NCBI GenBank assembly: GCA_016219595.1
Contig: JACRLY010000002.1
Span: 18,190-82,189 of the forward strand
Length of the DNA: 64,000 nucleotides
Direction: 5' to 3'
Source of the DNA: Ignavibacteriota bacterium
GTDB lineage: Bacteria > Bacteroidota > Ignavibacteria > Kapaibacteriales > UBA2268
Below are positions 1 through 9,851 of the stretch, piece by piece; the stretch's first letter is position 1, and each line of letters starts with the position of its first letter. Under the pieces are notes generated by a model that worked only from the letters and a program-made list of their open reading frames with translations, made no database searches and was not told the DNA's origin. The position numbers were made by a program, and so were the translations under genes.

Positions 1-269
1 ATATACTTAAGAGTATTTTTCCAGTCATTAATTAACCTGGATTGCTGTACAAAATCGAGTGGTTTCATATTTTCTTTATAAGTGAAAATTCTTTTGAAAA
101 TTTCAGACCATTCGGCTTCATATCCATTATATAAATAAGATATCCTGTAGTTACCTATCAGGTTTGTCAAATTTTCATTCTGCTCGGTCTGCATTACCGG
201 TTGTGATTGCAGATTTGCAGAATAAAATACTGCGGCAATAGTAAATAGTACTGTTATGAACTTATACAT
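1..269 (-). CDS. hypothetical exported protein, 5' part only (gene continues past the left edge)
   Basis: ATG at 269-267 on the minus strand opens a frame with no stop down to position 1 (MYKFITVLFTIAAVFYSANLQSQPVMQTEQNENLTNLIGNYRISYLYNGYEAEW...). The N-terminus is hydrophobic and signal-like. It is not in the ORF track because it has no in-window stop. Confidence 0.45.
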   Translation of the reverse strand, partial: MYKFITVLFTIAAVFYSANLQSQPVMQTEQNENLTNLIGNYRISYLYNGYEAEWSEIFKRIFTYKENMKPLDFVQQSRLINDWKNTLKY

Positions 270-516
270 ATACAATCTCCTGAAAATTATTAATAATTAG
301 TAAATAATTATGTCCAATTAATTAAGTAGATAATTCAGGAGTCTCAGTGAAAGCAATCAGACTGAATTTTACCATCACATAAAATTCAGTAATAAACTTA
401 TACGGGAAATTCCAAATTAGGTTTCAAATTATTTTAAGTTGTACTGAAACTTTTTTGCTTTTTTTGTGTCATTTGATTAAATGAATAATGTATAATGCAA
501 ATTTATATTTTGCAAT

Positions 517-598
517 GTCATCCTGAGCGAAGTCGAAGGAAATGTCGAAGCATCTAATATAATAAATCAATATAAAAGTACCTCTCCCCTCGGAGAGG
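517..598. repeat. short intergenic repeat units: GTCATCCTGAGCGAAGTCGAAGGA (517-540) and hairpin CCTCTCC-N4-GGAGAGG (581-598)
   Basis: The first unit recurs at 17490-17517 and, inverted, at 17534-17557. The hairpin type recurs at 14697-14718 and 17677-17704. Confidence 0.6.
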
Positions 599-861
599 AA
601 TTTAATGGTGGTTCAAATAATCAAAACAATCACATTAATCAAACAAATCAAAGTTCAGACAATTTTCCTATCTGAGTGTATTATGTAAATGTAAATGGCG
701 AAGTGAAAATGTTTGTAAGGAATTGAATAATTTCCTTTGTGTCTCTTTGTGCAAATTCTTTGTGAACTTTGTGGTAAAAATATCAATTCATCTTTATTTG
801 AATTTCAAAATTATACATTCCAATAATCGTCCAAATCGGTTATGTTTTTATAATTATTAAT

Positions 862-2724
862 ATGAACAACAATTTCGACATAATAGTAATCGGCGGGGGA
901 CATGCAGGTATCGAAGCATCCTATGTTGCAGCAAATATGGGCTGTAATGTAGCACTTGTTACAATGAGTCTGAATACGCTCGGCAGACCTTCATGCAATC
1001 CTTCGATTGGCGGAACCGCAAAAGGACATCTCGTCAAAGAGATTGATGCTCTCGGCGGTGCAATGGGTATGCTCACCGATAGAGCCGGAATTCATTTCAA
1101 GATGCTGAACAAATCGAAAGGACCTGCAGTTTGGTCGCCTCGTGCTCAAATTGACAAAGACCTATATCCTCAATATGCTCTTCAGCTTTTGAGCAAAACG
1201 AAAAATTTAACATTGCTAACAGCAACTGTAGATGAAATTCTTGTCGAAAAAGGAAAAGTTAAAGGAATCCGAACAGGAAATAATGAAATTATAAATACAA
1301 AAGCTGTTGTGTTCTGTTCAGGAACTTTTCTGAATGCCTTGATGTGGACAGGTATGAAATCTACTCAAGGGGGCAGGTATGGTGAGAAACCAGCTCTCAA
1401 TGTTTCCGATAAGCTTTTTGAACTTGGCTTCGAAGCAAGCAGGCTGAAAACCGGCACCCCGCCTCGTGTTTTAGACAGTACTGTTCATTACTCAAAAACT
1501 CAAATTGCTCCCGGTGATGCGGAACCACAGCCATTTTCATTCAGAACTCATGAAGTGAAAAACAGAATCATCTGCCATGCAACAAGCACCAATGCGGCAA
1601 CCCATGATATTTTGAAAACGGGATTCGACCGTTCACCAATGTTTACGGGATTAATCAAAGGCACAGGACCCCGCTACTGCCCTTCGATTGAAGATAAAGT
1701 TGCAAGATTTGCAGACAGGGATTCGCACAAAATATTACTCGAGCCTGAAGGCTTGAGCACAAACTCTGTCTATGTAAACGGCTTTTCTTCCAGCCTTCCC
1801 GAAGACGTGCAGGAGCATGCTTTGAGAACAATCCCGGGATTGGAGTATAGCAAAATCATCCGCTATGCTTATGCTGTCGAATATGATTTCTTCTATCCCT
1901 ATCAACTCAGGTTCACACTTGAAACTAAGCATGTCGAAGGACTTTACTTTGCCGGACAGATTAACGGCACCTCAGGGTATGAAGAAGCCGCAGCCCAGGG
2001 TTTGGTCGCAGGAATCAATGCGGCACTGAAAATCAAAGGTGATGGTGAATTCACTCTCAAACGTTCTGAAGCTTATATCGGTGTATTGATTGATGACCTT
2101 GTGAACAAGAGCACTGATGAACCATATAGAATATTTACTTCACTTGCTGAATACCGTCTGCTTCTTAGACAGGATAATGCAAGACATCGGCTCATGAAAT
2201 ACGGTCATCAATTCGGTTTAATTTCCAAAAGGGAGTATGAAAGGTCCAATGCCGAACAAGAAAAAATCAAGCAAGTCTATGATTTATCACAAGTTATCAA
2301 ATTAAGACCTGATGAAATTAATGAATACTTATTATCAGTTGATGAGACGCAAATCATTGAAACTACAGATATTTACTCGCTAATTAAAAGAAGTAATATT
2401 TCCCTCAAGGAAATTATTTCCAGGATAAATGATATACCACACGAATTAGCAAAAATTGCAAAGAGTGATTATGTATTAGAACAGCTTCAGACTGAAATTA
2501 AATATGAAGGATATATAAAACGTCAGAATAGGGAAATTGAATATTTCTTAGAAAATGAAAACAAACGAATTCCCGAATCATTCGATTATAATATGGTGAA
2601 TTCTCTTTCAGGTGAAGCATTGGAAAAGTTGAATAAAATACGTCCGGCATCACTTGGGCAGGCATCCCGAATATCAGGCATATCAGCTTCCGATGTATCA
2701 ATTCTAGCTTTATATTTAAGGTGA
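862..2724 (+). CDS. mnmG: tRNA uridine 5-carboxymethylaminomethyl modification enzyme MnmG (GidA)
   Basis: 620 aa. N-terminal FAD motif [11 protein letters not shown], conserved [13 protein letters not shown] block, and a C-terminal GidA-associated helical region. Length and layout match the family. Confidence 0.96.
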   Translation: MNNNFDIIVIGGGHAGIEASYVAANMGCNVALVTMSLNTLGRPSCNPSIGGTAKGHLVKEIDALGGAMGMLTDRAGIHFKMLNKSKGPAVWSPRAQIDKDLYPQYALQLLSKTKNLTLLTATVDEILVEKGKVKGIRTGNNEIINTKAVVFCSGTFLNALMWTGMKSTQGGRYGEKPALNVSDKLFELGFEASRLKTGTPPRVLDSTVHYSKTQIAPGDAEPQPFSFRTHEVKNRIICHATSTNAATHDILKTGFDRSPMFTGLIKGTGPRYCPSIEDKVARFADRDSHKILLEPEGLSTNSVYVNGFSSSLPEDVQEHALRTIPGLEYSKIIRYAYAVEYDFFYPYQLRFTLETKHVEGLYFAGQINGTSGYEEAAAQGLVAGINAALKIKGDGEFTLKRSEAYIGVLIDDLVNKSTDEPYRIFTSLAEYRLLLRQDNARHRLMKYGHQFGLISKREYERSNAEQEKIKQVYDLSQVIKLRPDEINEYLLSVDETQIIETTDIYSLIKRSNISLKEIISRINDIPHELAKIAKSDYVLEQLQTEIKYEGYIKRQNREIEYFLENENKRIPESFDYNMVNSLSGEALEKLNKIRPASLGQASRISGISASDVSILALYLR

Positions 2725-2815
2725 GAAGATTACTCTTTATTTATTTTTATCATGCAAATAAAATTACGTAATTTGCGTTTTATTTAAAATTAATAGATCT
2801 TCAAAGGAGCATATT

Positions 2816-3025
2816 ATGAATGCAGTTAAAACTATATATGAGGATTTACCGGAAATAATAGAAATTCCAAAAGAATTTATTCATAAAAAAGCTGAGTTGA
2901 TATTGATTTTTGATGATAATCCATCTGGAAAAAACGGGAAAAAGTTAAGTGATTTTTATGGTTCAATTCCCGATTTTCCGGAAAGAGACATTCAAGGTAG
3001 ATTTGAGTCAAGAGATATTTTATGA
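2816..3025 (+). CDS. putative antitoxin partner of the downstream PIN toxin (VapB-like by position)
   Basis: 69-aa ORF whose stop overlaps the PIN gene start by 4 nt (ATGA at 3022-3025). A GGAG-like RBS lies upstream. Assigned by size and position only. Confidence 0.55.
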   Translation: MNAVKTIYEDLPEIIEIPKEFIHKKAELILIFDDNPSGKNGKKLSDFYGSIPDFPERDIQGRFESRDIL

Positions 3026-3423
3026 AATATGTTTTTGATACTAATATCTGCATAAGAATATTAAAAGGTGATAACACAAATATATTCAATAAAATTTCAA
3101 CAATTGATATTGATTCAATAGCAATTCCATCAGTTGTTCGGTATGAACTTTATTATGGTGCATATAAAAGCCGGAACCAAGAATCAACATTAACGAAATT
3201 AAGTCAGTTTATTACCAGTTTTGCGGATATTCCATTTGATTATAAATCTTCTGAAATTTGTGGTAGAATTCGGGCAGAATTAGAGAAAAAGGGAACACCG
3301 ATACGACCTTATGACTTAATGATAGCATCAATTGCCATTTCACATAATTTAATTCTAATAACTAACAATACAAGAGAATTCTCGCGAATTAATAATTTAA
3401 AAATTGAAGATTGGGTGAATTAA
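3022..3423 (+). CDS. vapC: PIN-domain ribonuclease toxin, VapC family
   Basis: 133 aa. PIN pattern: N-terminal VFDTNICI (acidic D6), central acidic residues, C-terminal LITNNTREF. Overlaps the upstream small ORF by 4 nt. Confidence 0.8.
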   Translation: MKYVFDTNICIRILKGDNTNIFNKISTIDIDSIAIPSVVRYELYYGAYKSRNQESTLTKLSQFITSFADIPFDYKSSEICGRIRAELEKKGTPIRPYDLMIASIAISHNLILITNNTREFSRINNLKIEDWVN

Positions 3424-3434
3424 AATATTTTTTT

Positions 3435-3803
3435 TCATTTCTCAGTTTTTTCCCTTAATTGGTCATGAAAAAACCAGCTGATTAGAAATAGTAATCCGAT
3501 AAGCAGAAGTGGAGTTGATATCAAAGCAATCCAATCCCATCTTTTGAAATTAATCATTAATCCGTATAATACTGACATTCCAACATATGCAATAGCACCA
3601 ACCCATTCCCATCTCCAGGATAGTATCAAAACTCCTATTATTATAAATGTTGGGATTAAGTGAAGCAGTAATGCAGTTAGTGTTGAAAAAAAACTCCGAG
3701 CTTCAGAAAATACATCAAGTGAAAACATGCTGATAAAAAGTGCAAAAAGAATGCATAATAATCTTGGAGTCCAAAGCAAAGTCATTTTCACAATTTTATT
3801 CAC
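3435..3803 (-). CDS. small integral membrane protein, unknown family
   Basis: 122 aa with about four hydrophobic segments. No motif recognised. Confidence 0.5.
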   Translation of the reverse strand: MNKIVKMTLLWTPRLLCILFALFISMFSLDVFSEARSFFSTLTALLLHLIPTFIIIGVLILSWRWEWVGAIAYVGMSVLYGLMINFKRWDWIALISTPLLLIGLLFLISWFFHDQLREKTEK

Positions 3804-3970
3804 AATTATACCTTAAATGAAAAATAAACGCTAACAAAAATAATATATATTATTCAAAATTATTAAAAAATCTATTTGAGTAATACAAATATCTAGAATT
3901 TTAATAAAATAAGCAAACAAAAATATCATAACATCTTATAAATCAATAGATTAGATAAGATTTTCTAGTT

Positions 3971-3994
3971 AAATTGTTTCACGTGAAACAATTT
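3971..3994. promoter_or_regulatory. 24-bp perfect palindrome AAATTGTTTCACGTGAAACAATTT (candidate operator)
   Basis: Read base by base; the symmetry centre lies between 3982 and 3983. It shares a 16-bp core with the palindrome at 4118-4135. It lies in the 371-bp divergent intergenic region. Confidence 0.5.
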
Positions 3995-4117
3995 TATGTT
4001 AAAATAAGCGAAAATAACAATATAAATTCAGAAATTTTAATTCAAGCATTGAATGGCATAATTTACTGCATTATATTTAAATATTAATAATAAATTATAC
4101 TTTCAAAATAAACTGCA

Positions 4118-4135
4118 ATGTTTCACGTGAAACAT
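4118..4135. promoter_or_regulatory. 18-bp perfect palindrome ATGTTTCACGTGAAACAT (candidate operator)
   Basis: Perfect dyad centred between 4126 and 4127, 40 bp upstream of the 4175 start codon. Core TGTTTCACGTGAAACA is identical to that of 3971-3994. Confidence 0.5.
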
Positions 4136-4174
4136 ATTTAAAATTTTTAGCTGATTTTTTACAGAAAAAATACA

Positions 4175-5110
4175 ATGAATGATGTTAATGTTTTGATAAT
4201 TGGTTCTTCAGGAAGGATTGCATCTTCTTTAATAAAATTTTTCAATCTCGAAACGAACAACAGATTGATTTTACTTTCCAATTTCCCAGAAAAACTTCCG
4301 CATTATGAAGGGTATAGTTATCATAAAGTAAATGCCCTCGATTTTAAGGAAATTAAAAATATCTGTTTCGAAGAAAGACCTGAAGTAATTATAAATGCTT
4401 CAGGGTATACTGATGTCGATAAATGTGAAACCGAAAGGAATATCTCCTGGGATTTGAATGTTACACTTGCTGAAAATCTTGCAAGTATATCCAGGGTTTT
4501 AGATTCTCATTTGATTTCTTTTTCCTCCGATTATGTTTTTGACGGCTCTAAAGGACCTTATTGTGAAGATGACAGACAAAATCCAATCAATTTCTATGGC
4601 AGGACTAAGCACGGAATGGAAAATGCCTGCCTTTATAATTTAAATATGAGCACTGTTATAAGAACTAATTGTGTATATGGAAGCGAAACCAAAGGTAAAA
4701 CTGATTTCATCCGCTGGATTTTGTACAAACTTGAACAGGGATATGGTTTCGAAATTGTTGATGGGCAGTATTGTAATCCTACTTTTACTGAAGATATTGC
4801 AGTAGTTGTTAATAAAGTAATAACAAAGAAAAGATATGGAATTTACCATACCGGAGGACCAGATTGGTTAAGCAGATACGATATTGCCTTGAATACAGCT
4901 AGGATTTTTTCATTAGATGAAACTTTGATAAAACCGATTTCAGCAAATAAACTTAGTCAAAGAGCCAGGAGACCTAACAAAGGTGGATTGGTTACTTTGA
5001 AATCAATTACTGATTTGGGGATAAAATTTACTTCATTAGAAAGCGGATTAATGACGCTTAGACAAAGTATGAGGGATAGCAGGTTTACTTTTGTAATGAA
5101 AGGGAATTGA
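4175..5110 (+). CDS. RmlD-like NAD(P)-dependent sugar reductase (dTDP-4-dehydrorhamnose reductase family)
   Basis: 311 aa. Rossmann-like IIGSSGRIA near the N-terminus. The block SSDYVFDGSKGPYCEDDRQNPINFYGRTK (YxxxK) is typical of the RmlD substrate-binding family. Confidence 0.7.
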   Translation: MNDVNVLIIGSSGRIASSLIKFFNLETNNRLILLSNFPEKLPHYEGYSYHKVNALDFKEIKNICFEERPEVIINASGYTDVDKCETERNISWDLNVTLAENLASISRVLDSHLISFSSDYVFDGSKGPYCEDDRQNPINFYGRTKHGMENACLYNLNMSTVIRTNCVYGSETKGKTDFIRWILYKLEQGYGFEIVDGQYCNPTFTEDIAVVVNKVITKKRYGIYHTGGPDWLSRYDIALNTARIFSLDETLIKPISANKLSQRARRPNKGGLVTLKSITDLGIKFTSLESGLMTLRQSMRDSRFTFVMKGN

Positions 5111-5227
5111 ATTACTTAAGTCATTATATTTCAACTCTATTTTTTTATTACAAATAAGAAAAACGACCGATTTAAATGAAGAAAGTGAATAAATTCAATT
5201 AAATAATATATTTATTTTGGGGAAATT

Positions 5228-5917
5228 ATGAGCAATACAGAATTTAAAGGATTTACACCTGAAGTAAGGAAGTTCTTTCAGGAATTAGAAAAGAATAATA
5301 ATAAGGATTGGTTTCATGCTAATAAAACCAGGTATGAAGAATTTGTCAAAGAACCGGCAAAGGAATTTGTATTTACAATGGGAAAAAGATTTGCCAAATC
5401 CGGACTGCAATATTACGCAGACCCGAAAAAATCCCTTTTTAGAATAAACAGGGATATCAGATTCAGTGCTAATAAAGACCCGTATAAAACCAATCTCGGA
5501 GTATTATTTCCATATATGTTTACACATGAAGTGTCAAAAGCAGTAGAAGTTCCCGGTCTTTATTTCCATGTAGATGCTAAAGAGTCTTTTATTGCCGGAG
5601 GTTTGCACATGCCTTCTAATGAAAAGTTAAGAGAATTAAGAGAACTTATTGCATCAGAATGGAAGGAACTCTTCAAAATAGTAAATAATAAGAAATTTAA
5701 AGAGGAATTTCCTAAGATTTTTAATGATGATAAGCTAAAAAATACTCCCAGGGGATATGAACCAGACCATCCTGCAGCTGAATGGCTCAAATTAAAAGGA
5801 TATACAGTTGGTTGCAAAGTAGAATTAAAAGATGTTTTTGGTTCTAAACTATTTGATATAATGGAAAAAAAAGGGAAAATAATAGCATCTTTTCTTGAGT
5901 TTTTGAATAAAGCCTGA
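5228..5917 (+). CDS. DUF2461 / TIGR02453 family protein
   Basis: 229 aa. N-terminal FFQELEKNNNKDWFHANKTRYEEFV and central RINRDIRFSANKDPYKTN match my recollection of this family's signature. Confidence 0.65.
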   Translation: MSNTEFKGFTPEVRKFFQELEKNNNKDWFHANKTRYEEFVKEPAKEFVFTMGKRFAKSGLQYYADPKKSLFRINRDIRFSANKDPYKTNLGVLFPYMFTHEVSKAVEVPGLYFHVDAKESFIAGGLHMPSNEKLRELRELIASEWKELFKIVNNKKFKEEFPKIFNDDKLKNTPRGYEPDHPAAEWLKLKGYTVGCKVELKDVFGSKLFDIMEKKGKIIASFLEFLNKA

Positions 5918-6084
5918 AAATTTCATATAAATTTATATTTTAACCTCTGTATTTTCATATTATAGCATACTTATTGCTATTGTGATTTATATGTAAATAG
6001 TTAATTTTGTAATTGGGGAGTTAGTTTCCCATGTGCACCCAACAGGTAAGTGGGAATATAAAATTAATAAAATTAGTATAAATT

Positions 6085-7077
6085 ATGCATAGTATATCAG
6101 AAAAAAGAGCAAAAGAAATAATTGAAAACAGCAAAGGAAAGCAGATCGCCGTAATCGGTGATGTTATGCTAGACAGGTTTTTCTGGGGTAATGTATCGAG
6201 AATATCACCTGAAGCTCCTGTACCCGTAGTTGATATTGAAAGTGAAACTTATCATCTTGGCGGTGCGGCAAATGTTGCAAATAACCTGAAATCTCTTGGA
6301 ATTGTTGCAATTCTATGCGGTGTTATCGGAAATGATAATTCCGGGAAAAACTTTGTTGAAATAGCTAATAACAGCGGTATTAGTACATTGGGACTTTATG
6401 AGGACCCGAAACGCCCGACTACTGTTAAGACCAGAATAATCGGTAATAGTCAGCATATTGCACGGTTAGACAGGGAAACAAGGGAACAGCTTCCGCCTGA
6501 AGGTGAGAAATTCATTCTTGATACATTGAAATCGAGAAGAGAATTAGCCGGAATAATATTTGAAGATTATAACAAAGGAACAATCTCTGCAACGCTTATT
6601 TCAAGAATCATTGAGTTTGCTAAAAAGAAAAATATCCCGATGTTCGTTGACCCGAAATTTGACAATTTCTTCTCATATAAGAATGTGACAGTATTCAAAC
6701 CAAATAGAAAAGAAGCACAACAGGCATTGGGATTCACATTGAAAAATGAAGAGGACATACTTAAGGGTGGAAAGATAATATTGGATAGGCTGGGATGTGA
6801 GTTTGTATTAATGACGCTTGGAAAAGACGGAATGATGTTATTCGAATCGGAAGGGCAGGTATATTCTGTACCAACCAGGGCAAGGCGAGTTGCAGATGTC
6901 TCAGGAGCGGGTGATACTGCAATCGCAACACTTGCTGCTTCGGTAGCAGGAGGAGCAACAATACCTGAAGCTTCATCTCTTGCTAATTATGCTGCCGGAG
7001 TAGTTTGCGAAGAGCCGGGAATAATCTCAATAACAATTCAGAATTTAATTAAATCTATTGCCGGGAATAATAAGTAA
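6085..7077 (+). CDS. hldA: D-glycero-beta-D-manno-heptose-7-phosphate kinase (RfaE/HldE domain I type, PfkB fold)
   Basis: 330 aa. N-terminal VIGDVMLDRF and C-terminal DVSGAGDT motif of ribokinase-fold kinases. The adenylyltransferase half follows immediately. Confidence 0.8.
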   Translation: MHSISEKRAKEIIENSKGKQIAVIGDVMLDRFFWGNVSRISPEAPVPVVDIESETYHLGGAANVANNLKSLGIVAILCGVIGNDNSGKNFVEIANNSGISTLGLYEDPKRPTTVKTRIIGNSQHIARLDRETREQLPPEGEKFILDTLKSRRELAGIIFEDYNKGTISATLISRIIEFAKKKNIPMFVDPKFDNFFSYKNVTVFKPNRKEAQQALGFTLKNEEDILKGGKIILDRLGCEFVLMTLGKDGMMLFESEGQVYSVPTRARRVADVSGAGDTAIATLAASVAGGATIPEASSLANYAAGVVCEEPGIISITIQNLIKSIAGNNK

Positions 7078-7086
7078 AACCGTTTT

Positions 7087-7551
7087 ATGATTATATCAAG
7101 AAATGAAATTAGTCTTTTAATAAGAAAATTAAAAACAGAAGGAAAAAAAGTTGTTTTTACTAATGGCTGTTTTGATATAATTCATTCCGGTCATATCACC
7201 TATTTAGCAAAGGCAAAGGAATCAGGAGACATACTAATTATCGGTCTGAATACAGATGATTCTGTGAAAAGATTGAAAGGGAAATTCCGACCGGTTAATA
7301 ATGAAAAAGACAGGGCACTTGTTTTGGATTCACTCAGATTTGTTGACTATGTTATTTTATTCGATGAAGACACTCCATATAATTTAATTAATGAAGTCAA
7401 ACCTGACGTTTTAGTCAAAGGCGGTGATTATACAATTGATACAGTTGTAGGTTCTGATATTGTGAAAGAATCAGGCGGAGAAGTGATAATCATTCCACTG
7501 GTTGAAGGAAAATCCACATCAGGATTAATTGAAAAAATTCGACTCCTATAA
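7087..7551 (+). CDS. hldC: D-glycero-beta-D-manno-heptose-1-phosphate adenylyltransferase (RfaE/HldE domain II type)
   Basis: 154 aa. Cytidylyltransferase motif TNGCFDIIHSGH, plus LKGKFRPV and VKGGDY blocks as in HldE domain II. Confidence 0.85.
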   Translation: MIISRNEISLLIRKLKTEGKKVVFTNGCFDIIHSGHITYLAKAKESGDILIIGLNTDDSVKRLKGKFRPVNNEKDRALVLDSLRFVDYVILFDEDTPYNLINEVKPDVLVKGGDYTIDTVVGSDIVKESGGEVIIIPLVEGKSTSGLIEKIRLL

Positions 7552-7792
7552 AATAAAGTGCCAAACATATCATAATTTCCTAAAGTGGAAAACTTTTCTT
7601 AATTTAAATTTGACACAATTCAAAACTGCGTTTAATACGGTTTTTGCTGTGTTTTTGATTAATTTTTAAATAATGATGTAAATGTATCTATATCTAAAAA
7701 AAATTGATTATAAGCGATTTATGAAGGTCGTTTTTCAAACAATACAATTAATAATTGTTAATTTTTTATTCATTTTCAATTAATTATTTTTT

Positions 7793-9844
7793 ATGAATTA
7801 TTTTACAATTTCTTTATTGTTTTTTTTATTCTTTTTTCCAATAAAAAATTATCCGGTAACTAAAATATACAGCGGCAAAGAATTGTTTTATAATTATATA
7901 TTTTTATCTAATAACAATGATTCAATCAGAATTCAATATCTCGAAGATGATTACTATTATGATGTACTTCACTATGAAATTCACATTGATGTTACCGACA
8001 CCTTAAGGAAAGAAATTACTTCAAATGTAATTTTCAAAGCTATTCCAACAGATTCCAATTTTTCTGTATTTATTTTTGATTTGGATAATTCAAACAGTGG
8101 AACACTTCAGGTTGATTCTATTATTTATAATGGAAGATTTTATAAAAATGAAAAATTAAATATCGCTGAAGATGTTTCATGGGTTAACAATAAGATCAGA
8201 TGTCAACTGCCGGAAGCGATGAGAAATGTTGACTCTTTTTATGTCAATGTTTTTTATCACGGAAAACCATTTAACGATTTTTTTAATTGGCCTCACCGTG
8301 GGCTAGCATTTCACAGGCACAATGGAACTATTATAGTAGAAATGATGTCTGAACCTGAATCAGCACATTATTGGCTTGCTTGCAAAGATATTCCGAAAGA
8401 TAAAGCAACAATGGATTTTTTTATTACGACATGGAATACTCAATTAGCCGCAAGTAATGGATTGTTACAAAGCAAAACAAATATTGAAGGAAACAAGACT
8501 ATTCATTGGTGGAAGGTTACTTATCCGATAACAAGTTATCTTATAGCATTTTCAGTAACGAACTATACACTGATGAATCAGACCTACACCTCATTGGACG
8601 GGAATAAGACAATGCCTATACAAAACTTTGTTTATCCGGAAAAATTTTTGGATGCAGAAAATGATTTTTCGAGATTGCCGGAAATGATTAAGGCAATGGC
8701 TCTTCGATTCGGAGAGTATCCGTTTATAAATGAGAAATATGGCAATGCAATGGTAACTTATCCCGGAATGGAACATCAGACAATATCTGCAATGGGGGAT
8801 ATGTTTATTGACGGGACAGGGCAGTCTGAAGATTGGCTGGTGTTTCACGAGCTTGCACATCACTGGCTCGGAGACCAGGTGACATGCGCCACCTGGAATG
8901 ATACATGGTTGAATGAAGGTGGTGCTACTTTTATGGAATCTTTGTGGGAAGAGTATAAAGGAGGAGAAGAAGCATATATCAGACATATGCTGAATTTTAA
9001 AGATACAGCACTGAGTCATCCCGAACCATTGTGGTCTTGTAAACCACCTTTCGGTATAAATGTGTATTATAAAGGTGCATGGGTATATCATATGTTAAGA
9101 TATTATATTGGTGATTCGCTTTTCTTTGGAAGTATGAAAAATTATTTGAATGAATCTCCTCATAGCTATGGAACAGCAACAACAGAGCAATTCTTTGACT
9201 ATATGCAAATTGAGAGTGGAATTAATTTGGAAAAATTCAAAGACCAATGGTTGATAAAAGGCGGGCATCCAAATTATGGATTTGCTTACAAAATTGACAA
9301 TAAACAAAATAGTTCTGAATTGAAGTTCCAGGTAAAGCAAATTCAGGAATTAGATAGTTTGAATTCAATTTTCAAAATGCCGATTCCCATACTAATAAAA
9401 TTTGAAGATGGCTCCGATACTATACTAAATCTTGATGATTCCTTATTGTACCAGGTTTTTACCTTTAACTTTGACAAGAGATTGCTCAATAATATTTCAG
9501 ACGATAATATTAATTATAAAGAGAAATTACTTTGTACGAAATCCTTCATTCAGTATAATGATGTGGAAGAAATAAATTTTATAAATCCTGAATTATATTC
9601 TATTACACCAAATCCCGCAATAAATGAAATCACTATTAATTTCAAAATAAACAATACAAATAATATTAAAATCATTTTGCAAAACTTACTTGGTGAGATT
9701 GTGCTGGAGAAACAATTAATTAATAATTCACCGGGTAATCATTCGGAAAGACTTGATATAAGTGAAATCACAAGCGGCTCATATACGTTAATATTATTAC
9801 ATAATGGGAAAAGGGTGAGCAAGAGATTCATGGTTGTTAAGTAA
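7793..9844 (+). CDS. M1-family zinc aminopeptidase with T9SS C-terminal sorting domain
   Basis: 683 aa. Gluzincin motif FHELAHHW followed by WLNEGGATF. Signal-like N-terminus. The last ~80 aa (ITPNPAINEITINF...TSGSYTLILL...RFMVVK) resemble a T9SS type-A CTD. Confidence 0.8.
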   Translation: MNYFTISLLFFLFFFPIKNYPVTKIYSGKELFYNYIFLSNNNDSIRIQYLEDDYYYDVLHYEIHIDVTDTLRKEITSNVIFKAIPTDSNFSVFIFDLDNSNSGTLQVDSIIYNGRFYKNEKLNIAEDVSWVNNKIRCQLPEAMRNVDSFYVNVFYHGKPFNDFFNWPHRGLAFHRHNGTIIVEMMSEPESAHYWLACKDIPKDKATMDFFITTWNTQLAASNGLLQSKTNIEGNKTIHWWKVTYPITSYLIAFSVTNYTLMNQTYTSLDGNKTMPIQNFVYPEKFLDAENDFSRLPEMIKAMALRFGEYPFINEKYGNAMVTYPGMEHQTISAMGDMFIDGTGQSEDWLVFHELAHHWLGDQVTCATWNDTWLNEGGATFMESLWEEYKGGEEAYIRHMLNFKDTALSHPEPLWSCKPPFGINVYYKGAWVYHMLRYYIGDSLFFGSMKNYLNESPHSYGTATTEQFFDYMQIESGINLEKFKDQWLIKGGHPNYGFAYKIDNKQNSSELKFQVKQIQELDSLNSIFKMPIPILIKFEDGSDTILNLDDSLLYQVFTFNFDKRLLNNISDDNINYKEKLLCTKSFIQYNDVEEINFINPELYSITPNPAINEITINFKINNTNNIKIILQNLLGEIVLEKQLINNSPGNHSERLDISEITSGSYTLILLHNGKRVSKRFMVVK

Positions 9845-9851
9845 ATCAATT

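Noticed and set aside
270-861. Replication origin next to mnmG/gidA
   Set aside because: I found no cluster of DnaA boxes (TTATCCACA/TGTGGATAA). The nearest match is a single tgtggtaaa with two mismatches. The region is instead filled with the same short repeat families seen in other intergenic gaps.
2754-2785. AT-rich inverted repeats (GCAAAT...ATTTGC; AAATAAAA...TTTTATTT; TTACGTAA) upstream of the vapBC-like pair as an autoregulatory operator
   Set aside because: This is plausible for a TA promoter. However, the stems are short, overlapping and AT-rich, and could equally be the mnmG terminator. It is not strong enough to call.
5990-6060. Stem-loop (ttccca...tgggaa with an inner gtgcac palindrome) upstream of hldA as a riboswitch
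   Set aside because: It has only a 6-bp stem and no resemblance to any riboswitch class I can recall. It may be a weak terminator for the upstream gene.
6085-7551. hldA and hldC as a broken bifunctional hldE (same frame, separated by TAA plus two codons)
   Set aside because: Both halves have plausible independent boundaries, with an ATG start for hldC. Separate hldA and hldC genes are a known natural arrangement. A shared frame has a one-in-three chance, and manC and rlpA here are also in the same frame.
7552-7640. Apparent similarity between the hldC 3' end and the sequence just downstream
   Set aside because: The matches are scattered A/T runs (ggaaaa, ttaatt, ttgac). They need several gaps and are not above expectation for AT-rich DNA.
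8591-9091. 166-aa antisense ORF inside the M1 peptidase gene, and similar antisense or alternate-frame ORFs (for example 29308-29622, 30215-31410 group, 32633-32998, 40136-40492, 41056-41385, 60888-61297)
   Set aside because: They lie entirely within well-supported genes and have Cys/His/Phe-rich low-complexity translations with no motifs. They occur where local G+C is higher, so they are judged to be chance ORFs.
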